Positions 48,419 to 61,326 of a stretch of DNA of 64,000 nt are shown in pieces (position 1 is the first letter of the stretch; every line of letters begins with the position of its first letter). The notes under the pieces are model-generated. The model ran no database searches and was not told the origin of the DNA. It saw nothing but the letters and a program-made list of their open reading frames with translations. The translations under genes were made by a program, and so were the position numbers. This stretch comes from Macrostomum hystrix (Eukaryota; Animalia; Platyhelminthes), in assembly GCA_950097015.1 (NCBI GenBank), contig CATNEN010000001.1:3472001-3536000 (forward strand), given 5' to 3'.

Positions 48419-50541
48419 CAGATCCCAATCCTAAACTCACAGAATCTCTTAGATCCCAATGCTAAATTCAGAGAATCTCTTAGATCCCAATCCTAAATTC
48501 ACAGAATCTCTTAGATCCCAATCCTAAATTCATAGAATCTCTTAGATCCCAATGCTAAATTCATAGAATCTCTTAGATCCCAATCCTAAATTCACAGAGT
48601 CTCTTAGATCCCAATGCTAAATTCACAGAATCTCTTAGATCCCAATCCTAAATTCATAGAATCTCTTAGATCCCAATCCTAAACTCACAGAATCTCTTAG
48701 ATCCCAATGCTAAATTCAGAGAATCTCTTAGATCCCAATCCTAAATTCACAGAATCTCTTAGATCCCAATCCTAAATTCATAGAATCTCTTAGATCCCAA
48801 TGCTAAATTCATAGAATCTCTTAGATCCCAATCCTAAATTCACAGAGTCTCTTAGATCCCAATGCTAAATTCACAGAATCTCTTAGATCCCAATCCTAAA
48901 TTCATAGAATAGCTTATATCCCGATCCTAAATTCATAGAATCTCTTAGATCCCAATCCAAAATTCTTTAGATCTCTTAGATCCCAATCCTAAATTCACAG
49001 AATCTCTTAGATCCCAATCCTAAATTCATAGAATCTCTTATATCCCAATCCTAAATTCATAGAATCTCTTGAATCCCAATCCTAAATTCATAGAATCTCT
49101 TAGATCCCAATCCTAAATTCATAGAATAGCTTATATCCCGATCCTAAATTCATAGAATCTCTTAGATCCCAATCCAAAATTCTTTAGATCTCTTAGATCC
49201 CAATCCTAAATTCACAGAATCTCTTAGATCCCAATCCTAAATTCACAGAATCTCTTAGATCCCAATCCTAAATTCATAGAATCTCTTATATCCCAATCCT
49301 AAATTCATAGAATCTCTTATATCCCAATCCTAAATTCACAGAATCTCTTAGATCCCAATCCTAAATTCATAGAATCTCTTATATCCCAATTCTAAATTCA
49401 TTGAATCTCTTAGATCCCAATCCTAAAATCATTGAATCTCTTAGATCCCAATCCTAAATTCACAGAATCTCTTAGATCCCAATCGTAAATTCACAGAATC
49501 TCTTAGATCCCAATCCTAAATTCACAGAATCTCTTATATCCCAATCCTAAATTCATTGAATCTCTATATCCCAATCCTAAATTCATTGAATCTCTAAGAT
49601 CCCAATCCTAAATTCATAGAATCTCTTAGATCCCAATCCTAAATTCAAACAATCTCTTAGATCCCAATCCTAAATTCACAGAATCTCTTAGATCCCAATC
49701 CTAAATTCATAGAATCTCTTAGATCCCCATGCTAAATTCATAGAATCTCTTAGATCCCAATCCTAAATTCACAGAATCTCTTAGATCCCAATGCTAAATT
49801 CACAAAATCTCTTAGATTCCAATCCTAAATTCATAGAATCTCTTATATACCAATGCTAAATTCATAGAATCTCCTAGATCCCAATCCTAAATTCATAGAA
49901 TCTCTTAGATCCTAATCCTAAATTCATAGAATCTCTTAGATCCCAATCCTAAATTCATGGGATCTCTTAGATTCCAATCCTAAATTCACAGAATCTCTTG
50001 GATCCCAATCCTAAATTCACAGAATCTCTTAGATCCCAATCCTAAATTCATAGAATCTCTTCGATCCCAATCCTAAATTCACAGAATCTCTTAGATCCCA
50101 ATCCTAAATTCACAGAATCTCTTATATCCCAATTCTTAATTCACAGAATCTTTTAGATCCCAATGCTAAATTCAGAGAATCTCTTAGATCCCAATCCTAA
50201 ATTCATAGAATCTCTTATATCCCAATCCTAAATTCATAGAATCTCTTAGATCCCAATCCTAAATTCATAGAATCTCCTATATCCCAATCCTAAATTCATA
50301 GAATCTCTTATATCCCAATCCTAAATTCATAGAATCTCTTAGATCCCAATCCTAAATTCATAGAATCTCTTATATCCCAATCATAAATTTATAGAATCTC
50401 TTATATCCCAATCCTAAATTCATAGAATCTCTTAGATCCCAATCCTAAATTCATAGAATCTCTTATATCCCAATCCTAAATTCATAGAATCTCTTAGATC
50501 CCAATCCTAAATTCACAGAATCTTATATATCAATCCTAAAT
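48419..50541. repeat. 31-bp minisatellite array (GATCCCAATCCTAAATTCAYAGAATCTCTTA), flanked by 44-bp repeats
   Basis: About 68 tandem copies downstream of RepHel. Confidence 0.96.
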
Positions 50542-52718
50542 CATTGCTTAGCTAAATTGTGTTTGTGGCGTAACAGAAGTGAGATCATTGCTTAGCCTAA
50601 TTGGGTTCATTGCATAACAGAACTAAGATCATTGCTTAGCGTAATTGGGATCATTTGGCATAACTAAGTTGGGATCCTTGCATACTAAATTGGGATCATA
50701 GCAAACCAGAATTGGAATTATCGCATAATGAAATTGGGCTCATGGCATGATATGAATGGGATCATTGAAGAATGGAAAATTGGATTCATTGTTTACCAGA
50801 ATTATGATTAGTAAGAGGGGCGTTCGTAAGGTAATGAAAATTTTCTGCTACGAGTTGGGATCAAGGCAAACCAGAATAGGATCGGATTGGGTTCCCAATA
50901 GCCAATTGGGTTCCCAACCCAATAGCTAAATTGGGTTCATAGCATAACAGAACTGAGATCATTGCTTAGCTAAATTGTGTTTGTGGCGTAACAGAACTGA
51001 GATCATTGCTTAGCTAAATTGGGTTCATTGCATAGTAGAACTGAGATCATTGCTTAGCTAAATTGTGTTTGTGGCGTAACAGAACTGAGATCATTGCTTA
51101 GCTAAATTGGGATCTTTTGGCGTAACTAAAATGGGATTATTGCATAACTAAATTGAGATCCTTTCATAACTAGATTGAGATCATTGCATAACTAGATTGG
51201 GATCAAGGCAAACCAGAATAGGATTGGATACAATCGGATCCCAATTTAGTTGTGCCATGAAAGTTAATAAGTAATAGTGAAATTAATGTAGGTAAATATT
51301 AGGTGAATATATAGCAGGTTGGCTGTATATCAATGGGCCTTGAGATTGTGGTTGAAATATCGTGTTTGCTGCTTTATTCACGATTCAGAGGTTCTTCCAC
51401 TCTAAAACTGAGGGTATGCAGCCATGAGAGAGAGGTTTGAAGCAGCTTCAGCAAACCTAGAGACTTGTGATAGCTAAGCTTTTTGTGTGACGTTGAGTGC
51501 GTGAACTTAACTTGCCCCAGTGAATGCCTCTGACCAGCAGTGCAGAGTAAAGCAAGCCAACAAGCAGTAGGATTGACACCATTATTCTTGCAGTCAAATG
51601 CAATGAACTGTGCAATGATACTGTCTTGTTGGCGGAGCCTTCTGCAAGTGCATCATGTTTACTGTTTGTGGGTAATATTTTTAGGTGCAATGCAATTTTT
51701 CCTTTTTTCATTGAACTGAATTCTCTACATTTGGAGTTTGTTTTCTTATAATGTCATAATGATATGTATTTGTATAATAATAATTTTGCCAGATGCTCAC
51801 TCAATTGTTGTTGTTTTGTTGTTTTCAATGTGTTTTGCAATTGTAGAAATACAAATAAATGTTTTAGTGGACAATGACCAGTCCCATGATTCATGAATCT
51901 GCACACCTGGTACCTGCCTTATTCTATTTTAAAAGATAAATTGTCAGGCATGCATTTATAATGAAGAATGATACAAAATGGATTACTAAGAAAAGAGGTC
52001 AGATGAGAAATAGGATCTGATCAGAACTGGAATCATTAAGAAAAAGAGAGGAGATTAGAAATTGATCCATTGATCAATTGATTGAAACTGAACACTAATA
52101 AATTCAAATTAGATGGGATCATAATGGAATTGGGATCAGGGATTACCTAGGCAAAATCATTAGCTAAATTGGGTTCATTGCGTAACAGAACTGAGATTGT
52201 TGCTTAGCTAAATTGTGTTTGTGGCATAACAGAACTGAGCATAACAGATCCCAATCCAAAATTCACAGAATCTCTTAGATCCCAATGCTAAATTCAGAGA
52301 ATCTCTTAGATCCCAATGCTAAATTCAGAGAATGCAATTCTTGCAGTCACATGCAATGAACTGTGCAATGATACTGTATTGTAGGCGGAGCAATCTGCGA
52401 ATTCATCATCTCTACTGTCTTTGTAAGTAAGTATTCACAAAGCAATTCTTAAACTCATCAGTTGTCATTGAATTCCCTTATTTATAATATGTTTTTTTGC
52501 ATACTTTCATGTGGATGTTTGTTTAGTTAAAAACTTTCAATTAAGCTCCAAAACTTCATTTTAGGTTCTAAATTGATCATAGCAATGAGCTGTGTCAGTT
52601 AAGTTTCTTATTTTCATTTAGGAGTAAGAAAAAGCAACACGAAACACTTATTTATCCAGTAAACAGAAATATTTATTTTATTTATTTAGAATAAACAGAT
52701 TCCACAAACAGATTGAAT

Positions 52719-53063
<345 letters not shown>

Positions 53064-53787
53064 GGTTGTGGGGCTATTCAATGTTGTACGTCATATAAAT
53101 ACACTCCGCCGTAAGGGCTGGATTTTAACCTAACCAGTGCTCAAAACCCTGCAGATTAGCTTGGTCCATTCTGATTGGCTTACAGCTGTTAGGCAGTCCA
53201 AAGTTGTCTCATCCAGTTTGCTTCTTGAAGTTTTTTTGTATCGTCTAGACGTTACGTTGTAGTTGAGGTAGGACAGCTTAATGCTGTGTGATTTGACATT
53301 GGTGTATACAGTGGGTGGTGTTCTGCCATTTTGACTGGCTTAGCCTTATCAGTTCATTAGGGTTTGGTTAATATCAAAGCTGTTTCTGATTGGTCAGCAG
53401 CTTTTGGGCCCACTCCTCACTTATGTTATTGGGGGTGGTGGATTTGAGGGGTCTGGAAGCCGGAGGAGGTTGCCACACCCAATTGAAAGTGGCGTGAGTC
53501 ATCGCACTTTTAAGTGCACGGTGGGTTGTTATTTTGAAATGAATATAGAGATACTAGCTTTTTTTGCCCGTTGTTTTTAGGGGCAGAAATTTAAAGCAAA
53601 GCAGTAAGCAATTCACGTCTCTGTATTAACTTTATAGTGAAGGTCACCATTTATTTATTTACTGCATTAATGAAAAGTGAAGAGTTTGTTTAAGGGCGTT
53701 TTAAGTAAAAAATAAGTGAAAAGTTTGTCCAAACAGCCCCCTCTTGATTACTTCTTTAGAAACATGTCTCTTAGCCGCTCTTAGATA

Positions 53788-54941
53788 AACCAGAGTTTGA
53801 ATCATGGCAAAACCAGCGTTTGAATCATGGCTAAACCAGATTATGAATCATGGCTAAACCATCGTTTGAATCATGGCTAAACCAGAGTTTGAATCATGGC
53901 TAAACCAGAGTCTGAATCATGGCTAAACCATCGTTTGAATCATGGCTAAACCATCGTTTGAATCATGGCTAAACCATCGTTTAAATCATGGCTAAACCAT
54001 CGTTTGAATCATGGCTAAACCAGAGTCTGAATCATGGCTAAACCATCGTTTGAATCATGGCAAAACCAGAGTTTGAATCATGGCTAAACCATCGTTTGAA
54101 TCATGGCAAAACCAGAGTTTGAATCATGGCTAAACCAGAGTTTGAATCATGGCTAAACCAGAGTCTGAATCATGGCTAAAACATAGCTTGAATCATGGCT
54201 AAACCATCGTTTAAATCATTGCTAAACCAGAGTTTAAAATCATGGCTAAACCAGAGTTTGAATCATGGCTAAACCAGAGTCTTAATCATGGCTAAACCAG
54301 ATCTTGAATCATGGCTAAACCAGAGCTTGAATCATGGCTAAAACAGAGCTTGAATCATGGCTAAACCAGAGTCTGAATCATGGCTAAAACATAGCTTGAA
54401 TCATGGCTAAACCATCGTTTGAATCATTGCTAAACCAGAGTTTAAAATCATGGCAAAACCAGAGGTTGAATCATGGCCAACCAGAGTTTGAATCATGGCT
54501 AAACCAGAGTTTGAATCATGGCTAAACCAGCGTTTGAATCATAGCTAAACCAGCGTCTGAATCATGGCAAAACCAGAGTTTGAATCATGGCTAAACCAGA
54601 GTTTGAATCATGGCTAAACCAGAGTTTGAATCATGGCTAAACCAGCGTTTGAATCATGGCTAAACCAGAGTTTGAATCATGGCTAAACCAGAGATTGAAT
54701 CATGGCTAAACCAGAGTCTGAATCATGGCTAAACCAGAGTTTGAATCATGGCTAAACCAGAGATTGAATCATGGCTAAACCAGAGTTTGAATCATGGCTA
54801 AACCAGAGATTGAATCATAGCTAAACCAGAGTTTGAATCATAGCTAAACAAGCGTCTGAATCATGGCCAACCAGAGTTTGAATCATGGCTAAACCAGAGT
54901 TTGAATCATGGCAAAAACAGCGTCTGAATCATGGCTAAACC
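53788..54941. repeat. 23-bp minisatellite array B (same unit as array A)
   Basis: About 50 copies between the divergent Zn-knuckle and RPA-like genes. Confidence 0.96.
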
Positions 54942-55493
54942 ATGATTCGCACTAGGTAAAGTCGCACTAGGTTGGGGCTTGCACTGGCAGTTTAATGAAA
55001 TCACTTTAGTTGAATACAAAGTTTACTGCTATTGGCTGACTTGAAACCCTCTATTTTTAGCCACGTTAGCCACACGCCGCACTGGCTTCCCAATTACAGT
55101 GTACATTTGAGATCTTTTTTGTGTCCTATTATTGAAGTGTGTCGAAAACAGATTGCATAACAAGTCGCACCACACTCGACTCTGACACCCCACACAGTGT
55201 ACATAAAGAAAGAACGTAAAAGCTAAGGCAATCACCAGCCAATCCACAACAAGTAGCCCAGTGGGTGGATTAAAACAAAACTCTCTCTGATTGGTTAGCC
55301 AGATCTAAATTGATCTTTACATGGCACCCTCTATTGGCATGAGTCATCACAGTTAGGGTTGTCCGAAACGAAATGCTGCAATATAAACTGGCACAATTGG
55401 CCTTGATGCTAAAACTATCAAACCACAAACCGTAAAGACCTTACCAGTGAAATTTTTATAATCCATATTTTTGGCAACTATCAATCGAGCAAT

Positions 55494-56902
55494 ATGGAGT
55501 CAACCGAAGGAGCCAAGAAAAGCAAAGCGTGTATCTCTGCTCTGCTTCCGGGCCTGATGCACGCTGCAATCGTTGGCCTCGTAATGAGGCTGTCCAAAAT
55601 CACGGACTTTGAAGGCAAAAGAGGACCAGGCCAAGTGTTTTCCTTTATCCTCTGTGACGACACCGGCGATATACGTGTAAGCGTGTTCGGAAAGGATCTT
55701 AAGCCTTTCCTGGAGGTGTGTCGTGAGGGCGTCGCCGTCCGCATATCCGGCGGCTGGGTGAAGAAGGCGGATCCCAAATACAGCTCTACGGACAATGAGC
55801 ACGAGCTAACAGTTTCAATTGACCAAAGTGGAACCATTGTGAGGACCCTCGAGACCGTCACTCGACGTGCACCAATCTATAAGAAGATAAAGGAGATTTC
55901 GGACTGTGAAATGAAAATGTAAGTTAACTTGTTGCAATTGTTAAAAATAAAATGGAAAGGATTTGGAATATATATTCCCACTAAATGTTAGGTTAGCCAA
56001 TTATTTCTAGGGAAACTTATTTAAATCAGTCAGTGAAGTTGCTTAGTGAATGAGTTAATGCATTCTTGTAAGTTCACCCTTTGCCTCACATATCTCAGGA
56101 ATGTTAACGTCTATGGCACGATTTCTGCTGTCCAGAAACCAACGGAAGTTAAAACCGGTTCCGGAAAACTTGTCAACCTGGCGAAAGTGACGCTTGTTGA
56201 TCAGTCTGGGTCCTCCGTGTCGTGCACATTTTGGGCCAGCTCTACTGCCCAAGTTAATGACTGGTCTGTGGGCGACGTTCTAGCGATTCATGGTGCTCAA
56301 GTCCAGGAATATTCCCAGACAATCAGTCTCGGATGTTCAAAAGCGGAAATTCAGCATTGGCCAGAAGACTCTGCTGATGTCTCCGACATTACCCAGTGGT
56401 ACAAGGATGCGCTTTCTAGCCAACAGTGCTTCGAGGAGCTACGCGTGACGCAAAGCTCCCAGCGGGAGAAATATGCTAACCGTGACGACGAAATGGTATT
56501 ACAGTACCCAGAGCGAAAGTTCGACCAATTCGATGAGGTGCGAAGAATTAAAGTGCGATTTGGGGACAAAGAGGTAAGTTGATTTTACGAGTACTACGTG
56601 TGGGTTAAATAGAAACATGGAGTCAGAGAACGTACTAAAGAAGCAATAAGTGATTGACTGCTTAGATTCATTATTAACTTGTTCAATGAGGCCTCTTATC
56701 TCTAAAGATTAGGTTTATTCATTCATTCAAGAGTAATATGAATATAAAAAATTTATTAAATTCATATATAAATTTCATTTCACAGGTGACATTTTCCCGA
56801 GATCATATCAACAGAAGTCAGCAGATCCCCGCTATGTCAACCCCTAAGGCTCCCAATGTGTCCGAGAAGCCTGGGCCATCACATGATTTCATGGACGAGT
56901 AG
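55494..56902 (+). CDS. RPA70-like two-OB-fold ssDNA-binding protein, 3 exons (55494-55918, 56099-56573, 56786-56902), ~338 aa
   Basis: GQVFSFILCDDTGDIRVSVF (DBD-A-like) and VTLVDQSGSSVSCTFW (DBD-B-like). Phases 2/0 match. TATAAA at ~55382, CCAAT boxes, AATAAA at ~56917. Confidence 0.85.
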
Positions 56903-57296
56903 GACTTGAAAGACTAATAAAGATGCAATTAACGTAAGTAATGCTTGAGTGCATTTTTGTCTGCCAGTAGCGCATCTGAGTTCGATAGCCATCACAAGTA
57001 GTTTAACCTGATATGTATAATATGGCCCGATGAGACATATCAGGTAAATCCTGCTTTATTCACCTAATAAATTAAAATTAGATGGGATCATAATGGAATT
57101 GGGATCAGGGATTAGCTAAGCAAAATGATTAGCTAAATTGTGTTCATTGCATAACAGAACTGAGATCATTGCTTAGCGAAATTGGGTTCATTGCATAACA
57201 GAACTGAGATCATTGCTTAGTTAAATTGGGTTTATGGCATTACAGAACTGAGAGCATTGCTTAGCTAAATTGGGTTCATTGCTTGCTCATTGGGTT

Positions 57297-58222
57297 CACA
57301 GAATCTCTTAGATCCCAATCCTAAATTCACAGAATCTCTTAGATCCCAATCCTAAATTCATAGAATCTCTTAGATCCCAATCCTAAATTCATAGAATCTC
57401 TTAGATCCCAATGCTAAATTCACAGAATCTCTTAGATCCCAATCCTAAATTCATGGGATCTCTTAGATCCCAATCCTAAATTCACAGAATCTCTTAGATC
57501 CCAATCCTAAATTCACAGAATCTCTTAGATCCCAATCCTAAATTCATAGAATCTCTTAGATCCCAATCCTAAATTCATAGAATCTCTTAGATCCCAATGC
57601 TAAATTCACAGAATCTCTTAGATCCCAATCCTAAATTCATAGAATCTCTTAGATCTCAATCCTAAATTCACAGAATCTCTTAGATCGCAATCCTAAATTC
57701 ATAGAATCTCTTAGATCCCAATCCTAAATTCATAGAATCTCTTATATTCCAATCCTAAATTCATAGAATCTCTTCGATCCCAATCCTAAATTCATAGAAT
57801 CTCTTAGATCCCAATGCTAAATTCACAGAATCTCTTAGATCCCAATCCTAAATTCATAGAATCTCTTAGATCCCAATCCTAAATTCATAGAATCTCTTAG
57901 ATCCCAATCCTAAATTCACAGAATCTCTTAGATCCCAATCCTAAATTCACAGAATCTCTTAGATCCCAATCCTAAATTCATAGAATCTCTTAGATCCCAA
58001 TTCTTAATTCACAGAATCTTTTAGATCCCAATCCTAAATTCATAGAATCTCTTAGATCCCAATCCTAAATTCATAGAATCTCTTATATCCCAATCCTAAA
58101 TTCATAGAATCTCTTAGATCCCAATCCTAAATTCATAGAATCTCTTAGATCCCAATCCTAAATTCATAGAATCTCTTAGATCCCAATCCTAAATTCACAG
58201 AATCTTATATATCAATCCTAAA
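57297..58222. repeat. Second 31-bp minisatellite array, flanked by 44-bp repeats
   Basis: Same unit as 48419-50541, ~30 copies. Confidence 0.96.
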
Positions 58223-59407
58223 TCATTGCTTAGCTAAATTGTGTTTGTGGCATAACAGAAGTGAGATCATTGCTTAGCTAAATTGTTTTTGTGGCATAAC
58301 AGAACTGAGATCATTGCTTAGCTAAATTGTGTTTGTGGCGTAACAGAAGTGAGATCATTGCTTAGCCTAAGTGGACAAAGACCAGTCCCATGATTCATGA
58401 ATCTGCACACCTGGTACCTGCCTTATTCTATTTTAAAAGATAAATTGTCAGGCATGCATTTATAATGAAGAATGATACAAAATGGATTACTAAGAAAAGA
58501 GGTCAGATGAGAAATAGGATCTGATCAGAACTGGAATCATTAAGAAAAAGAAAGGAGATTAGAAATTGATCCATTGATATTTAATTAGCCATTGATATGA
58601 GCTAACCATTTTGAACTATCAAAATGGATCTAATTTGAAATAGACTTTTATGTCATATAGGATTTGATTCAAAATAAGATTTGACAATGTGAATGAGGCA
58701 TATAAGAAAAGAGAAGTCTGCTGAGGAGTGTGACTAGAAGAGAAAGGGGGAATTTAGCATGATAATATATATCATATATCATGCCTATATATAGCCAATG
58801 TTAGCTTTATTAAAAGTGTCAAACCAAAGGTCGAAGGATGTAGCTCCAGTTGCTTTTGCAAAGTCCATTCACAATGAGATAGCTGCATTGAACTGACTCT
58901 TTAAGTCATTTATTATAATAAGAGGGGCCTCATTCAAGGGCAATAGTTGCAATGCTGAGCTACTTATTGTTCGGAACATTGCAGTCGCAGTTAGTACGAT
59001 GAGCAGGGCTAAGAAATTCACTTACAAATGAAGAAAGTAAAAAATTTCTCGGGATGTGTATAAAACTGTAGTACACATGAGCAATACAAGCATCAAGAAC
59101 ATCGGAATAAAGCAAGTCATTTCTCGGAAAGTCGCAATTTCTTGGAATATTATTTAATTTATTTTCAGTAACAACTAAAAAAGTGATCTCAACAGTTTTA
59201 TAAACTAAATAAATAAAATAATTTTTATCAAACACGTTGACATATACAGGGCTCGAAACTAAAAAACTGTAAAAGGTTAGTAGTTTTGTTTTACCCAAAA
59301 TGCGTTATTAACGATCTCCAAAAATTCCTATTTTAAGCTTAAGCTTAAAAAAGACACTTCAAGTACTCCTGCTAAAAGGTATATATTAGACGAATATAAA
59401 TTATTTC

Positions 59408-59437
59408 TGCTCCCCGAAGGGGGGCAAAACTTGCTAG
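59408..59437 (+). terminator. Helitron 3' terminal hairpin plus CTAG
   Basis: 8-bp GC stem ending 11 nt before the CTAG end; the next base is T. Confidence 0.85.
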
Positions 59438-60674
59438 TCTAACCTGCTAAACTCGGCCAGATACAGCTCGCCGGGATGCTGGGCCAACTGCTACTCGACG
59501 CTGAGTAGCTGACTGAATTAGAATAGACACTAATATCAATGTCATCCGCAGCTTCCGTTTCTTGACACGCCTGACCGTGTACCAGGCGTCAGGTGTTCAT
59601 GGAGAACGTCTGGAAAAATATGGAATGTTTCAAAACCAATTTACATATTTATCTTTGTCTATAACGATTGCCTGTAATCAGATAGGAAGCATGCTAATCT
59701 TTTAAGTGAGCTAGCTTAAGGGTCGGAGAGTAAATGTTAGTAGCAGCTTAGTATAAATGTTAGTAGAAATGAAAAAAATGTTCTTTCGCTACGAATTGTA
59801 GCAAAGCAGGCAAGCAAAGCAAGTGAGCAAGTGCAGGAACACGGAGCAAGGAGTGCTCGATAAATATGTTGGTTATCATGCTAAGCTAAAGCTAAGAAGC
59901 TAAACATTTAGGCTGTGCATCAAGCTAATAAATAAATATGAGTGAAATAAAGGAAGACAACAAGCAAAGATGTATTCCAAAATATTCCTAATATAATCCT
60001 TTATATTAGGATTATATGCGTCTGAAATGCGTCCTTTATATAATCCTTTATATTAGGATTATATGCGTCTGAAATGCGTCTGAAATGACGAAGCGGGAGG
60101 TTTCGAGGTGTGTTAGCAGCTTGTTATTGGACAGCATGAATGTGGAGTGAGGGGTTTGTCTTCGTACGCAGTTGCTATCTGCTTCTTTAAATTTGCAGAT
60201 AAACTTGCTATAAAGCTTGGAGGATGGCTCATGCAATTTTCTGGTTAAACACGAACACGACAAGACACGACATATGACATTATGGCTACAATCATATTGA
60301 ATGTGAGTACATTTTGCTACGTTGTAATATTGCATTAGCATTGTAGTGTGACAATCGCATATTGATAAATGGTGCTATAATGGCTAAAAGTAAATATTGT
60401 TTTACCAGAGTCAATGAAAACTTACACCTGCAAAAGGGTATAATTTTACTACTATAGCGCTTATTTAAAGAATTAACGATTAAGGATTAAGAATTAAGGA
60501 ATAAAGGTATCACATATAAGTAGCTTAGACAAACCTCATTTATTTCCTCTGTGAGGGAGGGCACCGGGGCCTCGGCGGCGTGAAATTAGTGGCCGCCCCG
60601 GCCCCTCCCTTCACCTTCCACCACTGGATCTTTTCACCGACCGTCGTGGGCTGCAGCGCCCAAGGGCTGCTGGG

Positions 60675-60779
60675 CTGTTGCTGCTGCTGTTGCTGCAGCT
60701 GTTGCTGCTGCTGTTGCTGCTGCTGTTGCTGCCGCTGTTGCTGCAGCTGTTGCTGCTGCTGCTGCTGATGCTGCTGCTG
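60675..60779. repeat. (CTG/TTG)n tract, possibly a minus-strand polyQ exon (60810-60540)
   Basis: Trinucleotide tract preceded on the minus strand by a TTTCCAG acceptor. Confidence 0.7.
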
Positions 60780-61326
60780 AATGTGATCCATAATTTTAAT
60801 ATAATTCTCTGGAAATTGAAAAGTAAATAAGTAAAGGTAAAGCAAAAGTAGAAGTGAATAAGAGTAAAATAAGTGTATCAAAGGGTGTTTAAAATGTTCA
60901 AATGGGTTTAAGGTAGTTAAAAGGATGGTAAAAGTGTAGAGCTTGGTTTCACTAGCTAGAGAAACCTAGCTTTTAGCTCAATGCTCCTGAGCTGCAGCTC
61001 ATTGCTCATGGATAATGTCAGAGGCATTTCAGCTGAAAGCTTAAAAGAAAAGTGAAATGTGGCTACAAATAATTGAAGAGCCTGAAAGGAATTAAGGATT
61101 CAAGAAAGTGAAAGCAGTTAAAAGGATGGTAAAAACTTAGCAAACTGCAGTGAGGCTTAGTACATCTTAACTGGTCCTTATCACACAAGCTGGAATGGTG
61201 GCTTTGCTTGCTATCTTCAGGCTGGCATCTGAGAACTGGTAAGGCTTGGCTAATCATTTGTTGTAAAGTGTTTGCTAGATACCCAACCCAAAATTGTTGG
61301 TTAGCTCCTGCAAAGCAATAACAATT

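Noticed and set aside
59438-59615. Possible host exon interrupted by the Helitron
   Set aside because: Joining the flanks gave no convincing open, splice-consistent frame on the minus strand.
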